Positions 1 to 10,360 are shown, counted from the stretch's first letter. The stretch is DNA of 64,000 bases from Bacteroidales bacterium (GCA_038210985.1 JBBQWB010000002.1:499-64498), one strand, 5' to 3'. Notes: a model not told the origin generated them from the sequence alone. Translations and numbers: made by a program.

Positions 1-1
1 T

Positions 2-1720
2 TTAGTTACTCCAGGTTCTGGAGGAAGTGCTACTTGCGAAGATGTTATTCAATCCAGAACTTATAGTGGTGGGGTTTGGTCAGCATGGCAAAATTATACA
101 CCATCTAATCCAATTTCAACAATTGGCAAGGATAGCGTTCAAATACAGTATTTTAGGGGCAATTGTCCCGAAGCTGCTACTTGTGGACCAAATACAGTAA
201 ACACTTATACATGGTTTGTTAGTCCACAGCCAATTATGCCTTCTTTAGTTCGTATTCCTGATATTGATAATATTTGTCAGCCATCTTCGGTTTCTGCAAC
301 CATTACCTCAGGGAGTGGTGGTGCTGGATGTTCAGATACTTACGAATACCGAATTCATAATGGTGCTTCATGGTCGGCATGGATGCCTTATGTTTCTGCT
401 ACGCCCATTTCAACAACAGGTTTACAGCAAGTTGAAATTCAAGCATATCGTTCTAATTGTTCTGTAGGAAGCGGATGTTTGTCAACCGCAACTGCTACGG
501 CTAGTTGGACGGTTGCTCCACAAATTGTAGAACCAGTATTAGCTCGAGTTCCTAACACAGATATTATGTGTCAAGGAAACAATGTTTTGGCAACTGTAAC
601 CACATCAGGTAGTGGTGGTTCTGGATGTAGCGATGTGTATGAATTTAGAACCTTTGACGGAACAACTTATTCTGCATGGGGTAGTTATGTGCCAGGTGTT
701 AGCATTGCAAGTGTTGGAAAAACAATTATTGAGGTAATTAGTTATCGCGGAAATTGTGATTTAGGTGCTCAATGTTTAGCAACAACACCAGATACACTTC
801 GTTGGAATTTCGTTCCCGAGCCTATTGAGCCAATTATTGTTCGTGTTCCTGCTCAGGATACTATTTGTAGCTCCACCCCAATGATTGCCAACATTACACC
901 AGGTATTGGTGGTTTAGGTTGTTCAGATACTTATCAATATCGCTATTTTGATGAAACAACATGGTCGGTTTGGATGGGATATTTGTCAGGGAATGTGATA
1001 CCATATATTGCCAATACTACGAAGGTTGAAGTAAGAGCTTTCCGTGCAAACTGCGATCCTTCAAGTTTGTGTAATATTTCGGATACAATAACAGCTAAAT
1101 GGGTTGTTGTAACAGAAATTATTGCTCCAGTTTTAACTAAAGTTCCAAATCAATTGGATGTTTGTGATCCAACAACGGTCTCTGCTGATTTGGTTTCTGC
1201 TGGTTCTGGTGGAATTGGATGCTCTGATATTTTCCAATATCGCACAAACAATGGTGTTAGTTTTACAGCATGGTCTGTTTATGTTCCTGGAACTCAAATT
1301 TCAACAAGCAACTTTACTGCAATTGAAATTCGTTCAAACCGCGAAAATTGTATACCTAGTTCAGCTTGTCCGGCTCCAACCGAAACAGTGTTTACTTGGA
1401 ATATATCCACACCTGCTGTTAGTCCTACAATTACACGTGTTCCAAACTTTGATACACTTTGTGCTGGGCAAAACTTGTCGATTGTGGTTGTAACTCCTGG
1501 TTCTGGCGGAACAACTTGCTCGGATGTTTATCAATACAGGCAACAAGATTCAATAACAGGTTGGACAGCATGGGCTACATATAATCTCGGACAAATTCTT
1601 CCTTCGCTAGGTTTTACAGGTACCGAAATTAGAGCTTTTCGTGGAAACTGTACCCCAGCTCCTGGATGTCCTTTGCCTGATACCAACAAAGTTACTTGGG
1701 TAATACTTCCTCAAATTACA
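2..1720 (+). repeat. Intragenic tandem array of at least 6 copies of a ~300-nt (~100-aa) Cys-framed protein module. The first copy is cut by the window edge. A degenerate copy follows to about 1990.
   Basis: Recurring pattern: R-[IV]-P-x2-D-x2-C ... G-[SI]-G-G-x-G-C-S-D-x-[YF]-x-[YF]-R ... W-[ST]-x-W ... E-[IV]-x-[AS]-x-R-x-N-C ... C ... W. In the ORF numbered from nt 236, copies start near aa 1, 101, 200, 300, 400 and 497. Confidence 0.8.
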
Positions 1721-4700
1721 CCTCCAATTGTAAATCGTATTCCTGATCAGGATGCAGTTTGCGAAGGTGCTTTATTAACGGCAGTAGCAAGTGGTTCAAC
1801 TGGTGGTTCTGGTACAATTAACTACGAATACGAGAATTTAAATCCTGGTACATTTGATTGGAATAATGGAAATAGCTTTATTCCAGACACTTATGGTATG
1901 GCTTATATCCGTGCAAGAGCAGTAACGGATGTGTTTGGCTGTAACAATAGCGACTGGGAATGGGTTTCGTGGATTGTGGAACGTAAACCAGAAGTTTCTG
2001 TTACTGGAAATGCTACCGTATGCCAAGGCGCTAATGCAAATTTAAATGCATTTGTAAATGATGGATTTGGAATTGCAAGTGTTCAATGGCAATATAGCAC
2101 CACAGGATGTTCAGGTCCTTGGACTAATTATGACACCTTGCTTAATGTGGCAACCCCATTTAACACTCCATCTTTAAATCAAACAACATATTTCCAAGCC
2201 ATTGTTTTCCAATCAGGATCTTCGTGTCAAACAATTTCAAGTTGTATTACAGTTAATGTTAATCCAGCTCCTATTGTTTCTATAACTGGAGTTACTTCGG
2301 TTTGTGAATCGGCAAATGCAGTGTTAGTGGCAAATGTTATAAATCCACCAACTCCTATTACATATCAATGGCAACAAGCAAATTCTGTTACAGGTCTATG
2401 GTTTATAACAGGAATAAATAACGATTCCTTAAACATTACTTCTGCAACTCAACCTAAATGGTATCGTTTGGTAGTAATTAGCAGTGGATTAGGTTGTAAT
2501 GATACAAGTGATGTGGTATTGGTTCAAAATGGAACAACGCCAATTATTTCTTCTTTAAGTTCCGATGTTGGAGTTTGTGAAGGAGGAAACACAATATTAA
2601 GTGTAACTGCCACTTCTAATCCTTCTCCAAGTTATCAATGGTTTGGACCTGCTGGATTAATTATTGGCTCAACGTATGATACATTAATGCTGAATGGTTT
2701 ACAATTAGCCAACGAAGGCACGTATTATGTTATAGTTACAAATCCTTGTGGAACCATAAACTCTTCCAATATTTTTGTGGACATATTAAACAATATGGTA
2801 CATCCTACATTAATTAACGGAACAAGCGTTCGTTGTCAGGGTAATGGAACAGATCTTTATGTTACCGATGGTTCTGGGGTTTTATCCAGTATTTGGACAG
2901 TTGATCCAGTGGAAGCTGGTTATATAAATCCTTCTAATGGTTTTATGACTTGGGATGCCGCTTATTATGGTACTGCTACAATTAGTTTACAGGCATTTGG
3001 TTGTAACGATACTTCTGCAATTATTAATTTGACGGTTGTAGTTAATCCAACGGTTCAACCTCCAGTAATTACAGGAATTAATGTTCGTTGTGTTGGTGCT
3101 GGTTCGGATACATATCTAGCCACTTCGGATGGAGGAACTTCTTATATTTGGAGTATTTCAAACGCAGGTTGGAGTTCTATTGATGCGAGTGGAATCGTTA
3201 CTTGGGATCCTGCATTTACAGGTACTGCTATAATTTATGCATACGCTCTTGGTTGCAACGGTCCATCTGAATACTCAAACTTCTTGGTTTATGCTTATGA
3301 TACCATATATTATATTCACTCAGGCAATGTAAACGTTTGTGAAGGTGAAGATGCTGTAATCTGGATATCTCCAATTCCTCCAGTAGGAAATACTTATCAA
3401 TGGTACGATAGACTTGGAAATGAAGTTGGAACAAATGATACTGCAATAGTAATTCCAAGCGTAAGTTTATCCGACACAAATACGTATTATTGTCGAATCA
3501 TTTCATTCTGTGGCGATACTTTATTCACTGCAATTGATAGTTTGATTATTCGTCCAACTCCTCAAGCTGCGTTTTCATCATCGGGTATTTGTCGATTAGA
3601 CACCGTGTTCTTTACTAATACTTCCACGGTCGAAGCTGGTTCCTTAGGGTTTATTTGGAACTTTGACGACGGAAATGGAAGCACAGACATGGATCCAAAT
3701 CACATTTATCTGGTAGCCGATACGTTTAGTGTTAGTTTAACAGCTATTTCCGAGTGGGGTTGTCAAAATACAATCACAAATCTCATTATAATTAAGGATT
3801 TACCAACGGCTCAAATTGTTAGTGTTGGTGATTCGTGTAATGGAAGTGGTCATGGTAGTTTAACGCTTGTTCCTCAAACTGGAGATTATCCATACACTTA
3901 TTCTATTAACGATGGAATTCCACAAAGTGATAGTTTATTTGGAAATCTTCCAGCTGGAATTTACACTATTCATGTGGTAGATGGAAATGGATGTCAAAAT
4001 ACATTCTATGGAGAAGTTACTCAACCACAAGTTTTGGTTACAAATGTTTATCCACAGCATAATTTGTGTTACAATGATACATCTGCAATTGCATTGCTTG
4101 AGGTTATTGGTGGTACACAGCCATATACTGTAATTTGGTCTAATGGCGATACTGTTCTAAACTTAATTAATGTAAATTCAGGATATTATACGGTTGAGGT
4201 TATAGATATCAATGGCTGTATGGCTAGCGATTCCGTTACAATTTATCAACCTAATCCAATGTATATTGACTCCCTATTGGTTGCTCCTTCGTGTCTCGAA
4301 CGCGTGGACGGTAAAATAGTAATTTATGTGAGTGGTGGTACAGGAGGATATAATTACTTATGGTCCACTACAAGTGTGCAGGATTCAATCATTAATCTTG
4401 CTGCGGGTAACTATTATGTAACCGTAACAGATGCTCATGGATGTACTCAAATAAAAGGATACAATTTACCTTTACCTGCCGATAACTGTTTAATTATTTG
4501 GACATCATACAGCCCTGATGGCGATGGTATTAACGACGTTTGGAATATTGGTGGCATTGATTTATACCCCGATTGTACGGTTGAAATTTTTAACCGTTGG
4601 GGTTACAAAATCTATGAATCTAAAGGCTATGCAGAACCATGGGACGGTAGATGGAATGGTAAAGATTTACCTGCCGAAACATACTATTTTGCAATTAATC

Positions 4701-4750
4701 TTGGCGATGAATCAAAACCAATTACGGGAACTGTAACAATAATTAGATAA
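2..4750 (+). CDS. Giant adhesin-like surface protein, 5'-truncated by the window edge, with a T9SS type B (CHU_C/gliding-motility) C-terminal sorting domain
   Basis: The frame stays open from nt 2 with no stop, and the upstream translation (LVTPGSGGSATCEDVIQSRTY...) continues the repeat pattern, so the M at 236 is internal. Architecture: tandem ~100-aa Cys-framed modules, Ig-like repeats with C-x-G...YQWFGP motifs, a PKD-like segment (FIWNFDDGNGS), and SprB-type repeats (CNGSGHGSLT..., GGTQPYTVIWSNGD). The C-terminus is IWTSYSPDGDGINDVWNI...IFNRWGYKIYE...WDGRWNGKDLPAETYYF, typical of the type B CTD. Confidence 0.85.
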   Translation, partial: LVTPGSGGSATCEDVIQSRTYSGGVWSAWQNYTPSNPISTIGKDSVQIQYFRGNCPEAATCGPNTVNTYTWFVSPQPIMPSLVRIPDIDNICQPSSVSATITSGSGGAGCSDTYEYRIHNGASWSAWMPYVSATPISTTGLQQVEIQAYRSNCSVGSGCLSTATATASWTVAPQIVEPVLARVPNTDIMCQGNNVLATVTTSGSGGSGCSDVYEFRTFDGTTYSAWGSYVPGVSIASVGKTIIEVISYRGNCDLGAQCLATTPDTLRWNFVPEPIEPIIVRVPAQDTICSSTPMIANITPGIGGLGCSDTYQYRYFDETTWSVWMGYLSGNVIPYIANTTKVEVRAFRANCDPSSLCNISDTITAKWVVVTEIIAPVLTKVPNQLDVCDPTTVSADLVSAGSGGIGCSDIFQYRTNNGVSFTAWSVYVPGTQISTSNFTAIEIRSNRENCIPSSACPAPTETVFTWNISTPAVSPTITRVPNFDTLCAGQNLSIVVVTPGSGGTTCSDVYQYRQQDSITGWTAWATYNLGQILPSLGFTGTEIRAFRGNCTPAPGCPLPDTNKVTWVILPQITPPIVNRIPDQDAVCEGALLTAVASGSTGGSGTINYEYENLNPGTFDWNNGNSFIPDTYGMAYIRARAVTDVFGCNNSDWEWVSWIVERKPEVSVTGNATVCQGANANLNAFVNDGFGIASVQWQYSTTGCSGPWTNYDTLLNVATPFNTPSLNQTTYFQAIVFQSGSSCQTISSCITVNVNPAPIVSITGVTSVCESANAVLVANVINPPTPITYQWQQANSVTGLWFITGINNDSLNITSATQPKWYRLVVISSGLGCNDTSDVVLVQNGTTPIISSLSSDVGVCEGGNTILSVTATSNPSPSYQWFGPAGLIIGSTYDTLMLNGLQLANEGTYYVIVTNPCGTINSSNIFVDILNNMVHPTLINGTSVRCQGNGTDLYVTDGSGVLSSIWTVDPVEAGYINPSNGFMTWDAAYYGTATISLQAFGCNDTSAIINLTVVVNPTVQPPVITGINVRCVGAGSDTYLATSDGGTSYIWSISNAGWSSIDASGIVTWDPAFTGTAIIYAYALGCNGPSEYSNFLVYAYDTIYYIHSGNVNVCEGEDAVIWISPIPPVGNTYQWYDRLGNEVGTNDTAIVIPSVSLSDTNTYYCRIISFCGDTLFTAIDSLIIRPTPQAAFSSSGICRLDTVFFTNTSTVEAGSLGFIWNFDDGNGSTDMDPNHIYLVADTFSVSLTAISEWGCQNTITNLIIIKDLPTAQIVSVGDSCNGSGHGSLTLVPQTGDYPYTYSINDGIPQSDSLFGNLPAGIYTIHVVDGNGCQNTFYGEVTQPQVLVTNVYPQHNLCYNDTSAIALLEVIGGTQPYTVIWSNGDTVLNLINVNSGYYTVEVIDINGCMASDSVTIYQPNPMYIDSLLVAPSCLERVDGKIVIYVSGGTGGYNYLWSTTSVQDSIINLAAGNYYVTVTDAHGCTQIKGYNLPLPADNCLIIWTSYSPDGDGINDVWNIGGIDLYPDCTVEIFNRWGYKIYESKGYAEPWDGRWNGKDLPAETYYFAINLGDESKPITGTVTIIR

Positions 4751-4766
4751 TAAAAAACAAATACAA

Positions 4767-4790
4767 GGAGCAGTTTGCGAAAACTGCTCC
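4767..4790 (+). terminator. Stem-loop downstream of adhesin 1 (possible terminator or attenuator before the PorP/SprF gene)
   Basis: ggagcagttt / aaactgctcc form a 10-bp inverted repeat with a gcga loop. There is no clear T-tract after it. Confidence 0.35.
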
Positions 4791-4816
4791 CCAAAAATCA
4801 ATAAAAATTATAGCAT

Positions 4817-5761
4817 ATGAAAAAACTAACTTTAACATTAATGACAATGATTGTGTTTGGTTTCAGTTCTTGGAGCCAGCAAGTTTCACTTAACAGTCAT
4901 TACATGCTCAACGATTTTATTCTGAATCCAGCAATTGCTGGAAGTAATCCAGAATTTATTCCGCTGACAATGACTATCCGAAAACAGTGGGCAGGATTTA
5001 ATGGTGCTCCTATTACGCAACATTTTACTGGTCATGCCGACGTGGGTGCTGATTTCGGTTTGGGATTACATTTTTTTAACGACTTAACAGGTCCAACTCG
5101 CCGTTCGGGCTTCGACTTTGCAATGTCGTACGGTCTTCAATTAGACGAAAAAAATGAACATCGTCTTCGTTTTGGACTTTCGTTTGTGTTGATGGAACAT
5201 GTGTTCGATCGTAATAAAATTACTTACGAACAACCTTCTGACCCAACTATTGACGGAGTTTATGTCCAAAACATTATTCCCGATGCAAATTTTGGCATCT
5301 TCTATCATAAAGATAGTACCATTTTTGGCGGAATTTCAGTAATGAATTTAATTCAAAGTCGAAAAGATATTACAAATATTTCAAACACATTTAATAACCG
5401 TATCGACAGAACTTATTATTTATACGGTGGGTATAATTATTTGATTAATCAAGATTTTATGTTGCGTCCGTCATTGTTAATGCAGTTTCAGGCAAATGCA
5501 CCAATGTCGTTTGATGTAAATTGCTTGGTCGAATATCGTTACACCTATTGGGGAGGTTTGTCGTATCGTTATCAAGATGCTGTTGCTGTGATTTTAGGCA
5601 TAAATTGGAATAATTTTATGTTTGCATATTCATATGATATTACCACTTCGGATATTCGTAAATATAGCTCTGGTTCGCACGAAATAACTTTGGGCTATCG
5701 AATTAATAATCAAGGTGCAAAATTTATGGATCGTCTTTTACGTAAAAGAAGCAGCTTCTAA
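4817..5761 (+). CDS. Type IX secretion system membrane protein, PorP/SprF family
   Basis: Signal peptide MKKLTLTLMTMIVFGFSSWSQQ. LNPAIAG motif near the N-terminus and SGSHEITLGYRI near the C-terminus, typical of the PorP/SprF beta-barrel family. It lies immediately downstream of a type B CTD protein. Confidence 0.85.
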   Translation: MKKLTLTLMTMIVFGFSSWSQQVSLNSHYMLNDFILNPAIAGSNPEFIPLTMTIRKQWAGFNGAPITQHFTGHADVGADFGLGLHFFNDLTGPTRRSGFDFAMSYGLQLDEKNEHRLRFGLSFVLMEHVFDRNKITYEQPSDPTIDGVYVQNIIPDANFGIFYHKDSTIFGGISVMNLIQSRKDITNISNTFNNRIDRTYYLYGGYNYLINQDFMLRPSLLMQFQANAPMSFDVNCLVEYRYTYWGGLSYRYQDAVAVILGINWNNFMFAYSYDITTSDIRKYSSGSHEITLGYRINNQGAKFMDRLLRKRSSF

Positions 5762-5911
5762 TTAGTATTCAGGTTTTTTACTTTAAATCAAGTTTTTTTA
5801 TGCTATAATTTTCTTGTAATAAATGTAAAAAATCAAATCAAACTCAGAATACAGGTGTATATATTGAACGACACCAAACAAAAGTAAAATTATCATTTAT
5901 GATATCATAAT

Positions 5912-8900
5912 ATGGAAACAAAAATTAAACGATTTATAATAACAGCATTGTTCATTTTCATAGGTTATATTGGACATTCTCAAGGTACAACTTGTGGAAA
6001 TGCTACGCCTTTTTGTTCAAATGACCCTTCAGTCAGTTTTCCAGCAGGCGTTTTCTCAGGAAACTATTCAAACAACGTAGTTGGTTGTTTGGCATCTACT
6101 CCAAACCCAGCATGGTATTATATGCAAGTTAATAATCCAGGTAGAATCAATATCCGTATGTGGACAATTCCATCACAAGATTTGGATTTTGCTTGTTGGG
6201 GCCCATTTTCGGCTTCAAATATTAACGAGTTGATGAATATGAATGTCTGTGGAAGTTTGGATAGCAATTGCGGTCCTGTATGTGGACATAATTGTCAATC
6301 ACATGCACCAAGTAATGGAGCAAACCCAACAGATTTGGGCGGTTATCCTTGTGGTAATTTGATAGATTGTAGCTACAGTTCGTCAACCGAAGAATACGTC
6401 CATATCCCAAATACACTTCCGGGGCAATGGTATGTGCTTTTAATCACAAACTATTCAAATCAAAATTGTCAAATTAATTTTAACAGTCATATTACAAGCC
6501 AAGGTGCAACCAATTGTGGAGTTATAGTTCCGTCCGAAGCCTATGGAGATATTAAATGCGAAGGGGATACTGCCAAATTATCTCCTGCCTCCGTTCTTCC
6601 AGGGTTTACTTATAAGTGGGTTGGTCCTAATGGATTTATACAAACTAGTACAAATCCTAACGTTGTTTTTCCAAATGTAGGCTTAAATAGAGCTGGTACT
6701 TATACGTTAACTTTTTATAATGCCGATACAATAAGTGAACCCGCAAATTGCCAGTTAGTTATCTATCCAAAACCAGTTATTACATTTTTAGGCGACACGG
6801 TATATCCTGGACAAACAGCAACTGTTCCTGCCACAGGTGGAACCACATATCAATGGAGTAATGGCTTTGTTGGCAACCCCTTGGTTATAGTTCCAGTTGC
6901 ATCTACTTTATATCGCTTAACGGTTACCACTATAAATGGTTGTAAAGATTCCTCTTCGGTAATTGTAAAGGTAACAAATGCACCTCTGGTAATAAAAAAT
7001 CCTGATGTTATAAATATTTGTCAAGGACTAAATGTTTCTGCTTCTATTAGTTATTATATATCACTGCCGTCGTGTTCTAATTTTTCTCAATATCGAACTC
7101 GAAGAGGTGCTATTTGGACTCAGTGGTCTAATTATGTTTCCAATTCCCCAATAGAAACCGATACGATTAATGAAATTCAAATTAGGGCTTTCCAACGATC
7201 TTGTAACAACAGCGGATTAATTATTAATTCGGACACAACACTTGTTAGTTGGATTGCACATCCTCAAATTACACGTGCTTCTTTTATACGAAATCCCGCT
7301 GAAGATGGAATTTGCCTTACCGTTCCTCTTAGTATTTCTGCCGATACAATCCCTGGAGTTCCATATACTATTGAATACCAATATCAGACACCAACTCAAA
7401 CTGCTTGGACAAGCGGAAATACTTTTACTCCAAACGAAATGGGTATGGGATGGATTAAAGCAAGAGCTGTCTCGCAAGGTTATGGCTGTATCTCAACCGA
7501 ATGGGAATGGTATTCGTGGTTAATTCAACCACAACCGGAAATTACTGCATTAACCAATCAAGATGTTTGCCGTGGCTCAACAATCAGCTTTATGGCTAAT
7601 GTAGTTGATGGATATGGCTCAAACTCGTTTGTTTGGCAACGATCAATGAATGGTTGCGAAGGAAACTGGACTACTTTAAACACAGCTGATTCTGCTGCAT
7701 ATACTTCGGCTCCGACAAATCAAACGGGTTTTAGATATTATAGAACAATAGTTACTCAAAGTGGATTTAATTGTAGAGATACTTCAAACTGTGTAGTGGT
7801 TAATGTTCACACATTCCCTCAAGTTACTATTTTGTGCGACACCTTAATTTGTGCAAACGATTCCTTGTTAATTTCGGCAAATGTTAATGGAGGTGCTGGA
7901 ACAAATACAATTACATGGCAAATTAGAACAGGTAATACAAGTCCATGGACTGATTATGCTCAAACTTCTGATTTATTTCTTTGGATGACAAATGCAAATC
8001 AATCCTTTTATGTTCGTTGTTTACTAAATCAATCAGCACCTGGTTGCAACGATTTAAGTAATACAATTTTTGTTCGGGTTCGCCAATCTGCAACTATTAT
8101 TCAGCAACCTCAAGATGTTCAAGCTTGTGTGGGATTGCCAATATCCATAAGTGTAACTGCAACAGGCGAAGCTCCTTTAACATACCAATGGTTTGGACCA
8201 AATGGCATTCTAAGCGGACAAACAACGAATACTTACCAAATTCCATTGGTTGCTTTATCCGATATTGGTGCTTATTTCTGTACAGTTTCAAATATCTGTG
8301 GTAGTCAAACTTCAGAAACTGCAACCCTTACTATTGGCGACACATATATTGCTCCTACCGAAATTACTGGAATAATAAATCGCTGTGCTGGCTCAGGTTG
8401 GAATATGTACACATCAAATCCATTAAACGAATCCTCTTCGCATTGGGAAATTCAACCACCAACGGCTGGTACTATCGATGCAACTGGACTTGTTACTTGG
8501 AATGCTACTTTTGTTGGCAATTCAACAATCTATTTTATTTCTACTGGTTGTGGTATTACAGATACTTTGTCGCTAGATGTTCAAAGCTTTTTGCCTGTTG
8601 GAAATGTATCCATAATTTATGGAGATTCTGTTCGGTGTCAAGGATTTGGATTTTCGCAATACGTTACATTTGCCGATAATGCTATTTCGTATGTTTGGCA
8701 AGTGTTAAATGCAGGCGGAAGTACCATAGATCAATCAACAGGATTAGTAATTTGGGATCCTAATTTCAGCGGAACGGCTTTTATTTCGGTTTATGCTATG
8801 GGCTGTAATGGAGCTTCAAACACAATAACAGAAGAAGTTAAAATAAATACTTTCCCACCAATTCATAGTTTGGGTGGAGCCGAAATTTGCTTGGGCGAAC

Positions 8901-10303
8901 CTGCTACATTTACTGCTGTTTTGGATACTGTAACCGCATTCGAATTTCAATGGTTCGGACCAAATGGATTATTGACAGGAGAAAACGATACTGCTTTATT
9001 TATTCCTTTTACTACCATTGCCGATTCGGGAATATATTATTGTCGCGTTGCAACTTATTGTGGATACTCTTTTACTCCGTTCGACACCTTGATAATTCAT
9101 ACTCCTCCAACGGTTAGTTTTGTTGCTCTTCCAAATTGTATGTCCGAAAGTATTGCTTTTACAAATACTTCTACATCTTTGGATTTGCCAATGAATGCCC
9201 AATGGTATTTTGGCGATGGTGCTGAATCAACAGTTTTTCATCCCACTCATTCGTATTCTGTAAATGGCACTTACACAGTGCAATTAATCGTTCAATCCTC
9301 CTTTGGTTGTATGGATAGTACAACAATGGATATTGAGATTTATGAAAAACCGTTCTTTACAATTAATGCAGTAAATGTTTCTTGTTTTGGACTAAGCGAT
9401 GCTTCCATAACGGTAGATGTAACGGGTGGATTATTTCCATATTCGTATCTACTTAACAATGGCACGCCTCAAGATTTGAATTACTTTGGCGATTTAGCTG
9501 TGGGTGTTTATTATGTTACGGTTTACGATAGTAATTTATGTAATTACACCGATTCGGTAATCATTACACAGCCCGATTTGCTGATGTCGAGTTATTTGTT
9601 TTCTAACGTTTTATGCTTTTTGGATTCAACTGGAATTATTACTCCAACTGTAATTGGTGGAACTCCACCATATAATTTCTTATGGTCAAGTGGTCAAACC
9701 GATTCCTTGGTTCATGTTCCAACTGGTACATACGATGTGCTTATTACCGATGCCAATGGCTGCACTTTTACTCATACTGGAATTTATATTTCGCAACCAA
9801 ATCCAATCGTAATCGATTCGATAATTACTCAGCGTTCGTGCGAATTGGTAAAAGATGGACTGATTGCTGTTTATCCCACAGGAGGTTACGGCTCTTATCA
9901 CTATGCTTGGTCAAATTTAACTTTTAGCGATTCCATCCAAAATTTGAATTCTGGAATTTATACCGTAACCATTACCGACGATAATAATTGTCCATATATT
10001 CAAACGTTTGAAATTTTTCCTACCGACAAACAATGTTGGGAAATTTGGACATCATTTAGTCCAAATGGCGATGGCGTTAACGATGAGTGGAACATTCGAT
10101 TTGCAAGTCTTTATCCAAACATGGCAGTTACCATTTATAATCGATGGGGAACCAAAGTTTATGAATCGCTTGGCGAATTTCAACCATGGGATGGAAAAGG
10201 ACCAAATGGAAAATTAGTACCTCCGTCAACTTATTATTTTGTGGTGGACTTACGCGATGATGTAACCAAACGAATTACTGGAAATGTAACGGTTATTTAC
10301 TAA
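5912..10303 (+). CDS. Giant adhesin-like surface protein (1463 aa) with a T9SS type B C-terminal sorting domain; paralog of the upstream adhesin
   Basis: N-terminal signal/TM (FIITALFIFIGYIGHSQG). Cys-rich N-terminal domain. Two modules related to the 100-aa repeat of adhesin 1. Ig-like repeats (YQWFGPNG), PKD-like segment (WYFGDGAEST), SprB-type repeats. CTD is IWTSFSPNGDGVNDEWNI...IYNRWGTKVYE...WDGKGPNGKLVPPSTYYF. Confidence 0.88.
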   Translation: METKIKRFIITALFIFIGYIGHSQGTTCGNATPFCSNDPSVSFPAGVFSGNYSNNVVGCLASTPNPAWYYMQVNNPGRINIRMWTIPSQDLDFACWGPFSASNINELMNMNVCGSLDSNCGPVCGHNCQSHAPSNGANPTDLGGYPCGNLIDCSYSSSTEEYVHIPNTLPGQWYVLLITNYSNQNCQINFNSHITSQGATNCGVIVPSEAYGDIKCEGDTAKLSPASVLPGFTYKWVGPNGFIQTSTNPNVVFPNVGLNRAGTYTLTFYNADTISEPANCQLVIYPKPVITFLGDTVYPGQTATVPATGGTTYQWSNGFVGNPLVIVPVASTLYRLTVTTINGCKDSSSVIVKVTNAPLVIKNPDVINICQGLNVSASISYYISLPSCSNFSQYRTRRGAIWTQWSNYVSNSPIETDTINEIQIRAFQRSCNNSGLIINSDTTLVSWIAHPQITRASFIRNPAEDGICLTVPLSISADTIPGVPYTIEYQYQTPTQTAWTSGNTFTPNEMGMGWIKARAVSQGYGCISTEWEWYSWLIQPQPEITALTNQDVCRGSTISFMANVVDGYGSNSFVWQRSMNGCEGNWTTLNTADSAAYTSAPTNQTGFRYYRTIVTQSGFNCRDTSNCVVVNVHTFPQVTILCDTLICANDSLLISANVNGGAGTNTITWQIRTGNTSPWTDYAQTSDLFLWMTNANQSFYVRCLLNQSAPGCNDLSNTIFVRVRQSATIIQQPQDVQACVGLPISISVTATGEAPLTYQWFGPNGILSGQTTNTYQIPLVALSDIGAYFCTVSNICGSQTSETATLTIGDTYIAPTEITGIINRCAGSGWNMYTSNPLNESSSHWEIQPPTAGTIDATGLVTWNATFVGNSTIYFISTGCGITDTLSLDVQSFLPVGNVSIIYGDSVRCQGFGFSQYVTFADNAISYVWQVLNAGGSTIDQSTGLVIWDPNFSGTAFISVYAMGCNGASNTITEEVKINTFPPIHSLGGAEICLGEPATFTAVLDTVTAFEFQWFGPNGLLTGENDTALFIPFTTIADSGIYYCRVATYCGYSFTPFDTLIIHTPPTVSFVALPNCMSESIAFTNTSTSLDLPMNAQWYFGDGAESTVFHPTHSYSVNGTYTVQLIVQSSFGCMDSTTMDIEIYEKPFFTINAVNVSCFGLSDASITVDVTGGLFPYSYLLNNGTPQDLNYFGDLAVGVYYVTVYDSNLCNYTDSVIITQPDLLMSSYLFSNVLCFLDSTGIITPTVIGGTPPYNFLWSSGQTDSLVHVPTGTYDVLITDANGCTFTHTGIYISQPNPIVIDSIITQRSCELVKDGLIAVYPTGGYGSYHYAWSNLTFSDSIQNLNSGIYTVTITDDNNCPYIQTFEIFPTDKQCWEIWTSFSPNGDGVNDEWNIRFASLYPNMAVTIYNRWGTKVYESLGEFQPWDGKGPNGKLVPPSTYYFVVDLRDDVTKRITGNVTVIY

Positions 10304-10321
10304 AAAAAGATATTATTATTC

Positions 10322-10360
10322 AAAACAGGGAGTCGGAATTTTGCATCCCTGTTTTGATTT
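10322..10360 (+). terminator. Rho-independent-type terminator after adhesin 2
   Basis: aaaacaggga ... tccctgtttt stem followed by the T-rich gatttt. Confidence 0.6.
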
